From Nitrospirota bacterium (GTDB taxonomy: Bacteria; Nitrospirota; Nitrospiria; Nitrospirales; NS-4): 64,000 nt of DNA. Position 1 is the stretch's first letter; each line of letters opens with the position of its first letter. Shown piece by piece: positions 29,484-39,261 of the stretch. The notes beneath the pieces are model-generated. The model saw only the letters and a program-made list of their open reading frames with translations. It was not told the origin of the DNA and searched no databases. A program made the position numbers and the translations under genes. The stretch covers positions 160,001 through 224,000 of the forward strand of contig CAWBGA010000005.1 of assembly GCA_963788195.1 (NCBI GenBank). Reading direction: 5' to 3'.

Positions 29484-29891
29484 TTAGAGATCTGCGGCTG
29501 TCAGCGCCGCTTCCTCCGACTGATCCGCCGGAATCGCGCGCCATTGCCGCATGCGGACACCCATCGGCGACCACGCTTCCCGTAGTTGCTGGACCGTGGC
29601 TGTCGCTCCTCCCCGTTGCGGAGTGACTGTAATGATATATTGCACTCGTTCCTTGTTCACATCTCGCTGGAGCGCCCCGGCCCGGGTGGCGGTCTCCACT
29701 TCCAGCCACGCCGTCTCGATGCGGCCATTTGGTTTATCCGCTGATTGAAGCCGAGCGCCCTCGAGAGAGGCAATGGCTGTGTCCCAGACCTCATCGAACG
29801 AGCACGAAGACTGCGCTATAGGGCCTGCCGGCGTCTGACAGCCGGCAAGCCCTATCCACATAAGGATCAGCCAGATTCTCGTAAGCCTCAC
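29484..29891 (-). CDS. Lipoprotein (BamC-like/unknown)
   Basis: LAGC lipobox; DKPNGRIETAW. Confidence 0.65.
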   Translation of the reverse strand: MRLTRIWLILMWIGLAGCQTPAGPIAQSSCSFDEVWDTAIASLEGARLQSADKPNGRIETAWLEVETATRAGALQRDVNKERVQYIITVTPQRGGATATVQQLREAWSPMGVRMRQWRAIPADQSEEAALTAADL

Positions 29892-29959
29892 TTCAACCGC
29901 CTGGAGGGCACGGCGTGGGGGCTTGCTGAACCCAATGGACCCGGCGCGTGTCGCACACG

Positions 29960-31363
29960 TTAAAAGTATGTAGCCACGGAGACCACGAGCCCATCGTTTC
30001 TGATGCGATTGTTCTTGCCGTCTTCATAATTGAACTGATAGTCCACCTTAAAGACCGTGTCCTCCACCGGTCGGAAATTCAGGCCAAGCGTCAGGCGCTC
30101 GCGACTGGTCGACGACAGTTCACTGTTGGTATTGACCTGGTCCCACCGGACAACCGCCGTGAACGTGGACGCGTCGGTAAAATGCGACGGCGCCCAGCGC
30201 CGGAGTGATGCTGGCATAAAATGATAATTGCCCTGCACGTAAAAGCCGTCCATTCGGCGGGGGCGGAGCGTACCGGTGGCCGGATCGATGGCGAAAGTGC
30301 CATCCAGGTTGAGATGGTTGTCACGGACGTAGGCCCAGGCGGCCTCTCCGATCAGTTCAAACGGACCCCGTTGGAGCGTCCAGTCTACGGCCCAGAGGCT
30401 GAGAGGCCGCTTGCTGGCAGGATCATAGCTGCCGTAATACCCCGAGCCGCCGACTTCAACGCCCAGGAACGGGCTGAAGGCCATCCGGCCGACCACCGCC
30501 TTGCCGTTATTGTTGTCCAGGCCATCATCGGCCGTCGTAGCGACCCGTTGTCTTGCGTTCCTGAGCCCGCTGGCCGCGCCGATCACCGGAGCGCCGGTGG
30601 TGTCATACCCTTGAAATCCCTGTGTCACGTACAGTTCATAGTCCAGCTTTGACAACCGGGTGGGATACACCGTGCCGTACAATCCCGCGCCGGTTTCGGA
30701 TAGCGTGGAGGGGATAATGGCCGTTGAGACCAGAGGCCGATCCGAAAGATCATTCAGGGGAGAATCGTGGAGCAGGTTGAACTTGCCGATCGGCAGCAAG
30801 ATGATGCCGGCCCGCAAATTGAGTGGTTCCGTGATCAAGTAATCGATATGCGCGAACTCGAGGCTGACCTCGATGCCGCCTGAAGATGCTTGTGCGGACT
30901 TGGACCGGATGCCGTGCTCGATTTCAAGCTCGGCTGCGACTTTCAGCCGATCGGTGATGTCCGCGTAGAAGAACGGGACGAAGCGTTGCTGGTCAAAGCT
31001 GCTGCTGCCGGATCCCGTCCCCGGCTGTCCGGGCCCCGTTGACGCCGGGCTGCTGAAGGTCCGGTATTGCAGGTCCATATAGCCGCCGACCGTGGCCTTC
31101 GGGGCAGACACAAACGGCTTCGCATAAATCAGCTTGCCGCTGCCGGTACTTCCAAATCCGAGCTGCTTTTCGCCTTCCTTTTTGCCCTTGACGGCTGATT
31201 CTTCCGCCTCGTGCTTCTTCAGATCGCTGAGCTCTTTTTCCACGGTGCCGAGTCGCTTTCTCATTGCATCGAATTCCTCATCCGACACGACAGCCCCCAC
31301 GTCGGCGGGAACGTTGAACAATAGACACAGTGATAGGACCCCGAGTAACGAGAACCGTTGCAT
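29960..31363 (-). CDS. Outer-membrane porin (OprO/P-like) with N-terminal coiled coil
   Basis: Signal peptide, coiled coil, ELEIEHG, NLRAG, RPLV, C-terminal F; SD AGGAGG. Confidence 0.75.
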   Translation of the reverse strand: MQRFSLLGVLSLCLLFNVPADVGAVVSDEEFDAMRKRLGTVEKELSDLKKHEAEESAVKGKKEGEKQLGFGSTGSGKLIYAKPFVSAPKATVGGYMDLQYRTFSSPASTGPGQPGTGSGSSSFDQQRFVPFFYADITDRLKVAAELEIEHGIRSKSAQASSGGIEVSLEFAHIDYLITEPLNLRAGIILLPIGKFNLLHDSPLNDLSDRPLVSTAIIPSTLSETGAGLYGTVYPTRLSKLDYELYVTQGFQGYDTTGAPVIGAASGLRNARQRVATTADDGLDNNNGKAVVGRMAFSPFLGVEVGGSGYYGSYDPASKRPLSLWAVDWTLQRGPFELIGEAAWAYVRDNHLNLDGTFAIDPATGTLRPRRMDGFYVQGNYHFMPASLRRWAPSHFTDASTFTAVVRWDQVNTNSELSSTSRERLTLGLNFRPVEDTVFKVDYQFNYEDGKNNRIRNDGLVVSVATYF

Positions 31364-31385
31364 GGTAGACCTCCTGTGCTGAGTG

Positions 31386-31587
31386 TTAAACGGGACTCGG
31401 GGTCCTCTGTTGCCATCCTTGAATATCGCCGAAAGGGATCACCACTACGCGTTTGCACCGCCGGCATTTGAGCTTCGATGCCGCGGGCCACGATCTTCGC
31501 GAGCAGGTTGCCGCATTCACAGCGATGCGGTGCGAAGGCGCTGGATTCAACGGGGCTCTTCACCGCACCAACCGCGTGCGCAACCAC
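31386..31587 (-). CDS. Mu Com-like zinc-ribbon microprotein 2 (one extra base at ~31474)
   Basis: RCECGNLLAKIVARGIE, then after removing one base LKCRRCKRVVVIPF...PSPV*; start uncertain. Confidence 0.65.
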
Positions 31588-31773
31588 CTAGCCCGACCAC
31601 GTTCGCGCATCATCCAATCCACCCCTGTACGACACTGCGTAAGGCGAACGTCACTTGCCTAAATGGCATCTCATGATTTTGAGAACGAGTACTAGTATCT
31701 GAATGTCCAGAATGGTGTCAAGGGATTAGTGATGCCTGGCGAAATGGGACCGGCAGACGGGCGGAGATCCGTT

Positions 31774-32814
31774 CTAGGGCAGGGGGAACACAACAATATG
31801 CGTGGCGACGATCTTAAGGTCCACAGGGGCGCCGATCGGATAGACGGTGGTGGATCCTTCACTGCTATGCAGCAATTGGCCTGAGGGAAGCACCACGGCA
31901 TAGAGATTTTCCGAGCCTCTAAAGGTCCGGCAGACTATCCGCGCGGCTCCGGGGGACGCCGGCACGATATGCACATCGTCCGGGCGGATCATGATCTCAA
32001 CCGCGGTTCCGCTCGGCTGTCCCGTCACATTATCGAATTGGCCGATCTCGGTTTGGATTTTGTCGTTCTCCACGCGTCCCGGAATGAAATCCGCCTGGCC
32101 GACGAAATTCGCGACAAAGCGCGTGGAAGGGGTGTGATAGATCGCTTCCGGCGTATCGAACTGCTCAAGCCGTCCGGCGTTGAGCACCGCAACCTGATCC
32201 GCCATGGCAAAGGCCTCGTCATGGTCGTGAGTGACGAGGACTGCCGTCGTCCCGCTGCGTTGAAGGATCTCCTGCACCTCCTCGCGCATTTGCCCGCGCA
32301 TATCGGGATCAAGATTGCTGAACGGCTCGTCAAGCAGGATCACCACCGGCTTCGGCGCCAAGGCGCGGCCTATCGCCACCCGCTGCTGTTGCCCGCCGGA
32401 AAGCTCGTGCGGATAGCGTCCGCCCATGCCTTTTAGCCCGACGAAACTCAGGGTTTCGGTGACGATACGATGCACGGAATCTCTGCGCTCGCCATGAAGC
32501 CCGAACGCAATATTCTCGGAGACCGTAAGATGCGGGAACAACGCGTAGTCCTGAAAGACCATGCCCACACCCCTTAACTCAGGAGGCACCCAATGACGCT
32601 CATCACAAACGGATCGTCCCGCGATTTGAATCCGACCGGTCTGTGGCCGCTCAAACCCGGCCACCGAACGCAGAATCGTGGTCTTACCGCAACCGCTCGG
32701 TCCGAGAATCGAAAGAATCGAACCTTCGGCGATGGTCAAGGATACGTTTTGCAGGGCAGGGTGCGAAGCATGCTGGTAGGTGAGCGACACGTGCGACAGA
32801 TCAATGAGGCTCAT
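31774..32814 (-). CDS. fbpC: Fe3+ ABC transporter ATPase
   Basis: GPSGCGKTT, VFQDYALFPHL, LSGGQQQR, LLDEPFSNLD, TOBE domain. Confidence 0.88.
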   Translation of the reverse strand: MSLIDLSHVSLTYQHASHPALQNVSLTIAEGSILSILGPSGCGKTTILRSVAGFERPQTGRIQIAGRSVCDERHWVPPELRGVGMVFQDYALFPHLTVSENIAFGLHGERRDSVHRIVTETLSFVGLKGMGGRYPHELSGGQQQRVAIGRALAPKPVVILLDEPFSNLDPDMRGQMREEVQEILQRSGTTAVLVTHDHDEAFAMADQVAVLNAGRLEQFDTPEAIYHTPSTRFVANFVGQADFIPGRVENDKIQTEIGQFDNVTGQPSGTAVEIMIRPDDVHIVPASPGAARIVCRTFRGSENLYAVVLPSGQLLHSSEGSTTVYPIGAPVDLKIVATHIVVFPLP

Positions 32815-34395
32815 AGAACTTTCCTCACGCGGAGCCTCGAGACCGCGAGCCAGGGCAGCGCGGTAAACGCGATCAACAGCAACGAGAGAGATGCCGCCTT
32901 GGAATATTCCGCTTCGACCGTGTGGATATAGACTCGCACCGGCAAGGTATCGAAGCCAGGCGGGCGCAGCAGGAGCGTGGCGTCGAGTTCCTTCATGCTG
33001 GAAATGAAAACCAAGGCCCAGACGGCGATCAGAGTGGGACGGAGAAGTGGCACCAATACGCGACGAAGCACGACTGCCGGCGAGGCGGCGAGGGACCGCG
33101 CGGCCTCTTCCAAATGAGGATTAATACCGCCGAGCGCGGCTTCCAGCCCCTGCAGCGACTGGGTCAGAAATCTGATCAGATACGCCAGGACCAGCACCGC
33201 CACCGTGCCGTATAACCAGGGTAGATACGTGTTGTACAGGAGAATAAGACTCAGTCCTAGAACCGTACCCGGAACCGCGTATCCGATTTGAACGATCCCC
33301 GTGAACCGGGAGGCGATCGAGCCCCTGAGGGTACGACTTGTATGAGCGAGGAGCAGTCCCAGGACCGTTGCGGCCATGGCGGCTAATGCCGCAGTCCAAA
33401 GGCTGTTCCGGAAGAATACCCACTGCTCCTGAAACACGGCCCGCACCTGCTCTAGTGCCCCGGCTTGGCTCACAAGCACCGCCAGCGGCACGAAAACCGA
33501 GAGCCCGAGGACGGCAGCGGGGACGAGACATGCGGCCCAACGCCACCGTCCCAAAAGCACGGGACGTGCCAGCCGTGCAGTGCCGGTGATGGTGGTGTAG
33601 GAGCGGTGTCCGAGCAGGGCTCGCTGTCCGATGAGCACCGTGAGTCGTGAGCACAACGAGGACGCACGAAAGCATGGAGGCCGCTCCCTGATCGAACCGC
33701 GTGTTGAGTTGATGATAGATCTCGGTCGTGAAGACATGGACGCGCAGCAGCGAGAGCGAGCCAAAGTCGCTCAAGGCATAAAGAAACGCCAATAAGCCAC
33801 CGGCGAGAATGCTGGGACGCAGCATAGGCAAGGTGACCCGGCGCAGTACGCCCGCCGGACTTTCGCCGAGCGAGCGCGCGGTCTCCTCGATCGCCGGGTT
33901 TGTGGTTTCGAGCGCGCTGGTGACGAGTAAAAAAATGTAGGGGAAGGTAAACAGCCCCATGACGAAGACGCCGCCCCAATAGCCATAGATATTGACCCAT
34001 TGTGTTTGGACACCACGCAGATGGCTCAACTGGCTGTTCACGATTCCCACCGGTCCGAGCAGGGCAATGTAGGTCAACGCGCCGATGTACGAAGGGATGG
34101 CGAGCGGAATCACAGCCAGCCATCGGCACAGATTTTGAAGAGGCAGGTCGGTGCGGACGACAAGCCATGCCAACGGCAACGCGAGGAGCATCGCCCACAG
34201 GGTCGACAACGTAGCAAGTGAAAGCGATTTCCCGGCCAGCACCACCGCCGTCCATGCCGAGAGCGTTCCGAAAGGGCGGGATTGCAATGCTGTCGATAGA
34301 ATGTAGACGACCGGGGAGAGGACCATGACGCCGACCGCGAAGACGATCAGCATGCCGAAGAGCCGTGGCCCTCGGGTCGGGAAGAAGCCGCTCAC
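32811..34395 (-). CDS. fbpB: Fe3+ ABC transporter permease (frameshift ~33640)
   Basis: Two EAA loops (EETARSLG, EEAARSLA); YAVPGTVLG. Confidence 0.88.
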
Positions 34396-34396
34396 A

Positions 34397-35426
34397 TCAC
34401 CAGTCTGGGCTCAAGCCCGTCAGCATCTTTAGGGTGGGATCCGCCAGTTCCGCCAAGCGGGGCTCGGGCACTCTCAGTTGCTTGATGGATGTGGCGGGTC
34501 GCACCTCACCCGGATCTATACCCGGAATGAGCGGGATCTCGTAATCCGCGAGAACCAGGACTCGCTGTCCGTCAGGGGACAGCAAAAAATCAATAAACCG
34601 CCGCGCGGCATCCGGATGCGGCGCGCCCTTGATGATCGCGACGGCATTGGGGCTGATGGGGGTCCCGAGGCCGCCGTCAGTCTGGTCGGGATAGACAACG
34701 CCCACGGGCATGGCCGCGTTCTTTGCGAGGTAATAATTGGGAGAATTCGTCAGACCGATAGCGAACTCTCCCCTACCCACGCCTTGCCAGACTTCGGTGT
34801 TGTCCGACAGGATCTTTAAGCCATTGGCCATCAGACCTTTGATGTAGTTCCGCGTGAATGGCTCCCCCTTCTCTGCGACCAGCGCCGAGACCCACGCCAA
34901 CGTGGTGCGTTCACGCGTTCCGGCGATGGCAAGTTTCCCCTTCCATTTCGGATCCGTGAGCTGCAGGACCGACGTGGGAACCTCTTTCTCAGGGACGAGA
35001 TTCTTGTTGTACAAGATAATGCGGGCGCGCCCCGAAATGCCTGTCCATGCCCCGCCCGGGCTTCTGAACTCTAATGGCACGGCCTCGCTCGCCGGTGAAA
35101 TGTAGGGATCGAGCACGCCATCGTGTGCAGAGGATCTCCATGATGCCGCCTTCCGTCGAAACGAAGACATCGCCGCGGGGGTGCGCTTTCTCCATCCGGA
35201 TCTCATTCGCCAGGCCCGACGTCTTCCCGACCTTGAGATCGACCGGAAGACCGGTCGCTTTGGTAAAAGCCTCGACTACCGGTTTGATCGCCTTTTCCTT
35301 GCGCCCGGAATAGACGATCAGATTTTCGGCGGCTACGGCAGGATCAGTATGATACGGGATCACACTGCCCAGGGTGATGAGGACCAGCGCGCAAGCTGGC
35401 AACGACATACCGAATCGAGTTGTCAT
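34397..35426 (-). CDS. fbpA: Fe3+ ABC transporter substrate-binding protein (frameshift ~35130)
   Basis: LIVYSGRKE, WTGISGRARIILYN, LTDPKWKGK. Confidence 0.85.
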
Positions 35427-35446
35427 GCGTTCAGCCTCGCGAGGGG

Positions 35447-35875
35447 TCAATGCCGGCAATGGCGGCACAATCCGTAGAGTTCCAACTTATGCGTGGTGAT
35501 CGTGAACCCGTGCTTGACGGCCACTTGCTCCTGCAAGCGCTCAATGTCGCAGTTTTCAAATTCCGTGATGCTCCCACATTCCGTACAGATCATGTGGTCG
35601 TGATGCCGTTTGTTCACGACGTTGTCGTAATGGGTCTGAGAGCCAAAGTGTCGCTCTTGAGCGATCCCAGAATCGCACAACAGGTTCAGTGTCCGGTAAA
35701 TCGTAGCCAGGCCGATACGCGGCCGGTGCCGTCCCAGAGTGCGGTACAGCTGCTCAGCAGTGACATGTTCCATTCCAAGAAACGCGTCCAGAATGACTTC
35801 ACGCTGCTTGGTGACCTTCAAGCCGTTCTTTGCCAGATGAGTGCGTAACTTACCCCATTCTTTCGCGTGTTTCAT
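35447..35875 (-). CDS. fur: Fur family transcriptional regulator
   Basis: GLKVTKQR, LATIYRTL, HHDHMICTECG, YGLCRHC. Confidence 0.92.
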   Translation of the reverse strand: MKHAKEWGKLRTHLAKNGLKVTKQREVILDAFLGMEHVTAEQLYRTLGRHRPRIGLATIYRTLNLLCDSGIAQERHFGSQTHYDNVVNKRHHDHMICTECGSITEFENCDIERLQEQVAVKHGFTITTHKLELYGLCRHCRH

Positions 35876-35889
35876 TGGTGCGACCGAAA

Positions 35890-35932
35890 TTGAGAAGGAT
35901 TCTTAATACCAGATAGACTTTTAGTCCGTCAA
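35890..35932 (-). promoter_or_regulatory. fur promoter with Fur-like palindrome
   Basis: TTGACG -35; TTGAGAAGGATTCTTAA at 35890-35906. Confidence 0.65.
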
Positions 35933-35962
35933 GCCGCCAAACTGTCTTAGCAAACTCTGAAC

Positions 35963-36240
35963 GGGGACAGGCAACTTTTCCGTCCATGAAGCGCGCCGTG
36001 AACATTGAGATGATTCGGAAAAGTAGCCTGTCCCCCTTCTTCAAGCATGCAAGGCGCTGGCCTGGCAGATTTCAGGCCACGGGAGAAGAGCCGGCTTCAG
36101 GCAAGGGGCACGAGAAAGGCGGCTGTCTTGGCAGCCGCGGGGCGGGCGGGTGCCAGGGGGTAAAGGGATGCGTCTCGGCGCATCCCAGGGCGGGTGGGTG
36201 CAAAAGGGACAAGGGCTGTCTTGCAGCTTCGAGGTGGGCG
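35963..36240. repeat. Intergenic repeat cluster: REPIN-like unit plus three hairpin/G-tail REP-like units
   Basis: Arms identical to 5469-5552; hairpins gcggctg-TCTTGG-cagccgc and gggatgcg-TCTCGG-cgcatccc followed by GGGCGGGYGGGTG. Confidence 0.75.
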
Positions 36241-36301
36241 ACGGCAATTGACAAGGTTTGCAAGGCTGTGGCCATAATCTCGCGTGCGGTCTCCCTCCGA
36301 T

Positions 36302-36874
36302 ATGATCATCGACCGGTTGCTGCTGCTCTACTTGCTCAGAATCGCCGCCCCCTTTGGAATCGACGGCGACGTCAAGCTCCAACAGCTTGTGTTTCTGTCG
36401 GAGTTGCAGTTGTTTGGTAAGCAAGCGACCGGTTTTCATTACCGGTTTTTTCGCTACGCCTATGGCGGGTACAGTAAGGAGCTGGCCGATGATTTTGCCG
36501 CGCTCGGAGCGAAAAAACTTCTGGTTGCAGGGATGTGGACACTCTCGCCGCTAGGGGAAACCGTCGTCAAGGTGATTCCCGGGATTGCCAAGGATCGCGC
36601 CGAGAACGAAACCGTTTTATCCATTGTTCAGGATATCGTGATGGCCTATGGAAAATATGACAGCTCGAGCATTGTTCCTGAAGTTGAAAAAATCGAACTT
36701 GTGCTGCCGGAAAAGCCTGACGCCGATGCCGAGGGCGTCGCGCGGCAGGAATCGCTCCCAATCGGTCACATCTCGTTTCATGCCACCTTGCTGGTGCCGG
36801 AGAGAATTCAGACGCCCATACGCTTAGAGGTCAAGCCGGATCTGCTGGCCGTCCTTCAGGATCTCCTGAAATGA
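36302..36874 (+). CDS. SocA/Panacea (YwgA-like) winged-helix protein
   Basis: VKLQQLVFL...FFRYAYGGYSKEL resembles KLQKL..F..YGPYS.EL. Confidence 0.55.
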   Translation: MIIDRLLLLYLLRIAAPFGIDGDVKLQQLVFLSELQLFGKQATGFHYRFFRYAYGGYSKELADDFAALGAKKLLVAGMWTLSPLGETVVKVIPGIAKDRAENETVLSIVQDIVMAYGKYDSSSIVPEVEKIELVLPEKPDADAEGVARQESLPIGHISFHATLLVPERIQTPIRLEVKPDLLAVLQDLLK

Positions 36875-37881
36875 CTAGGGCGACCGCGGTCGTGGGTGCG
36901 GGGGCTTGGGGCACCGCTCTCGCGTGGCTACTGGCCGCGAACGGCCGGCCGACGCGGCTATGGACCTATGAACCTGAGGTCGCGGATCAGATCAATCACG
37001 AACGGGAGAATCGCCGTTATCTGCCCGGGGTGGAATTGCCTCCAACCCTGAGAGCGTCCGTATCCATGGCAGAAGTACTGGAAGGCGCGGGCGCATTGAT
37101 CTTCGTTGTGCCCTCCCACGTCGCGCATGATGTCATCGCGCAGATCGCGCCTCACCTGCCTTCCGGAATTCCAGTGGTCAGCGCCACGAAGGGTCTTGAG
37201 GAGAAACGAGGTCGTCCGATCTCAGCCCTCTTGGAAGAAATGCTGCCGATTTCACCCGGCTCGGTGTTCGCCCTGTCGGGACCCAGCTTCGCAACCGAGG
37301 TGTGCCGCAGTTTGCCCACTGCCGTTGTGCTCGCGGGCGCCACTTCACCTGAGGCGACTGTTCTGCAGCAGCTTCTGATGACACCTGCGTACCGGGTGTA
37401 CCTTGCCCGCGATCGTCTCGGGGTTGAGCTCGGCGGCGCGCTAAAGAATGTCATCGCCGTGGCCGCGGGTATTGCGGACGGACTGGGATTCGGACATAAC
37501 ACGCGGGCGGCGCTCATCACCCGTGGACTGGCCGAAATGGTCCGTCTGGGAACGGCGATGGGGGCCGATCCCAGAACCTTTGCCGGACTTTCGGGCATGG
37601 GAGATCTCGTTCTCACCTGTACCGGGGCATTGAGCCGGAACAGGGCTGTTGGGCTTCAGCTCGCCGAGGGCAAGAAACTTGCGGCGATTCTAGCAGCCAC
37701 CCACAGTGTTGCAGAAGGGGTTAACACGGCGCGCGTCGCGCTGGCCTTGGCCCAGCGGCATCATGTTGAAATGCCCATCGTACGTGAGGTCTGCGCTGTG
37801 CTGTTTGAAGCAAAAGAGCCCGCTCGTGCGGTGTCGGAACTGATGGAGCGCGCGGCCCGACATGAATTGGATCAGGCATGA
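36871..37881 (+). CDS. gpsA: NAD(P)H-dependent glycerol-3-phosphate dehydrogenase
   Basis: GAGAWGTA, SGPSFA, ALKNVIA, GDLVLTC, SRN. Confidence 0.96.
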   Translation: MTRATAVVGAGAWGTALAWLLAANGRPTRLWTYEPEVADQINHERENRRYLPGVELPPTLRASVSMAEVLEGAGALIFVVPSHVAHDVIAQIAPHLPSGIPVVSATKGLEEKRGRPISALLEEMLPISPGSVFALSGPSFATEVCRSLPTAVVLAGATSPEATVLQQLLMTPAYRVYLARDRLGVELGGALKNVIAVAAGIADGLGFGHNTRAALITRGLAEMVRLGTAMGADPRTFAGLSGMGDLVLTCTGALSRNRAVGLQLAEGKKLAAILAATHSVAEGVNTARVALALAQRHHVEMPIVREVCAVLFEAKEPARAVSELMERAARHELDQA

Positions 37882-38682
37882 CGGCGGATCGAATCCGGCA
37901 GTTACTCGAACAAGTGCGGGGGAGGAGGCTCAGTATAGAGGCGGGCCTCGCTCGGTTGAAGACGTTGCCCTATGAAGATATCGGTTTTGCCGCCGTGGAC
38001 CACCACAGATTATTTCGCCAAGGGATGGCCGAGGCCATCCTGTGCGAAGGCAAAACACTGTCGCAGGTCGTCGCCATCGCTCGGCGGCTCCGTCGGCACG
38101 GCCACCCAGTGCTGGCCACGCGCGTTGAGCCGATGGTCGCGCGGGCTTTACTGCGACTCGATCGTGAAGCGCGGCATGATCCTATGGGCCGAACCGTCGT
38201 TCTCAACCCGCCGAGGAATCTCGGGAACCGGCAGAGCCTTCGGGAAGGCGGGGGGAGTGTTGATCATGACAGCCGGCACATCCGACATTCCCGTGGCTGA
38301 AGAGGCGCGGGCGACGGCCGAGGTCCTCGGGGATGCCGTCACTACAATGTACGATGTCGGCGTCGCCGGATTGCACCGATTGCTCGATCGGCGCGGCGAG
38401 CTCCACAGCGCGCAGGTGATGATTGTCGTGGCGGGGATGGACGGAGCGTTACCGAGCGTGGTGGGCGGTTTGGTGTCGCAACCCGTCGTCGCAGTTCCGA
38501 CGAGCCGGGGCTATGGTGCAAGCTTCGGAGGTATCTCAGCTCTGCTGACCATGCTGAACTCCTGTGCAGCTGGAATCGGCGTGGTCAACATCGATAATGG
38601 TTTTGGAGCGGCCTGTTTGGCGCATCGCATCACTCAGAGTTCGCCTTCACCTCGAAGTTCCCCCGTTTCTTCCAGGCGCTGA
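37878..38682 (+). CDS. larB: Nickel-pincer cofactor biosynthesis LarB (frameshift ~38250)
   Basis: [45 protein letters not shown]. Confidence 0.9.
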
Positions 38683-39152
38683 GCCGCGTCAACGGATACC
38701 CATCCTTATTCAGGACCATCAGTTTCGCCTGGACCTGGTAGTCGTACATTCCGTCTACGACAATGCGATCATTATTGTCCGTGCCGTCCCAGGTTTGCAC
38801 GATTTCGAGTTGCCGTTGCGCCTCCTCAGTGGTGTCGTCCATCGTTGGCAGCATCTGGCGGCTGCTCAACAAGGCGAAACGACGAACGCGACGTTGAAGT
38901 GATCAATGTAGAAACATCCAGCAGCATCTCCTCTTGCATCACCTTCGGAAGTTCCACCCTGATCGTGAGCGTTAGCGGGGCCCCGTTGGGAACAAACGGC
39001 AAAGGGGTGGCATCCACCGAGAGGATCTTGAAATCGGGAGCCTTACCTTTAGGCTTGGCCTTCGCCGCATGACCCAAGTCGCCGGCGATGCCTAGGAGGC
39101 ACGCTGCGAGCACTGCGGCGACCGTCCAGGAGTTGAAGAAGCGGGAGACCAT
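38630..39152 (-). CDS. Exported FlgD-Ig-like protein (frameshift ~38870)
   Basis: Signal peptide; TWDGTD...DGMYDY motif. Confidence 0.6.
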
Positions 39153-39261
39153 TCTGAAGCACAATTTTCTTATCACATCGATGGAAGACTGTCAATTCTC
39201 GCCTGCTCTGGCGCGCCGGATCATAGTAATAGGAAAATCACTTTGCTAAGATGACCACTTT

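Noticed and set aside
27510..31587. Mu-like prophage suggested by the Com-like genes
   Set aside because: No transposase, mom or structural phage genes; all neighbours are iron genes.
38235..38260. Phase variation or programmed frameshifting at the larB G-run and similar sites
   Set aside because: Indistinguishable from the many other indels in this assembly.
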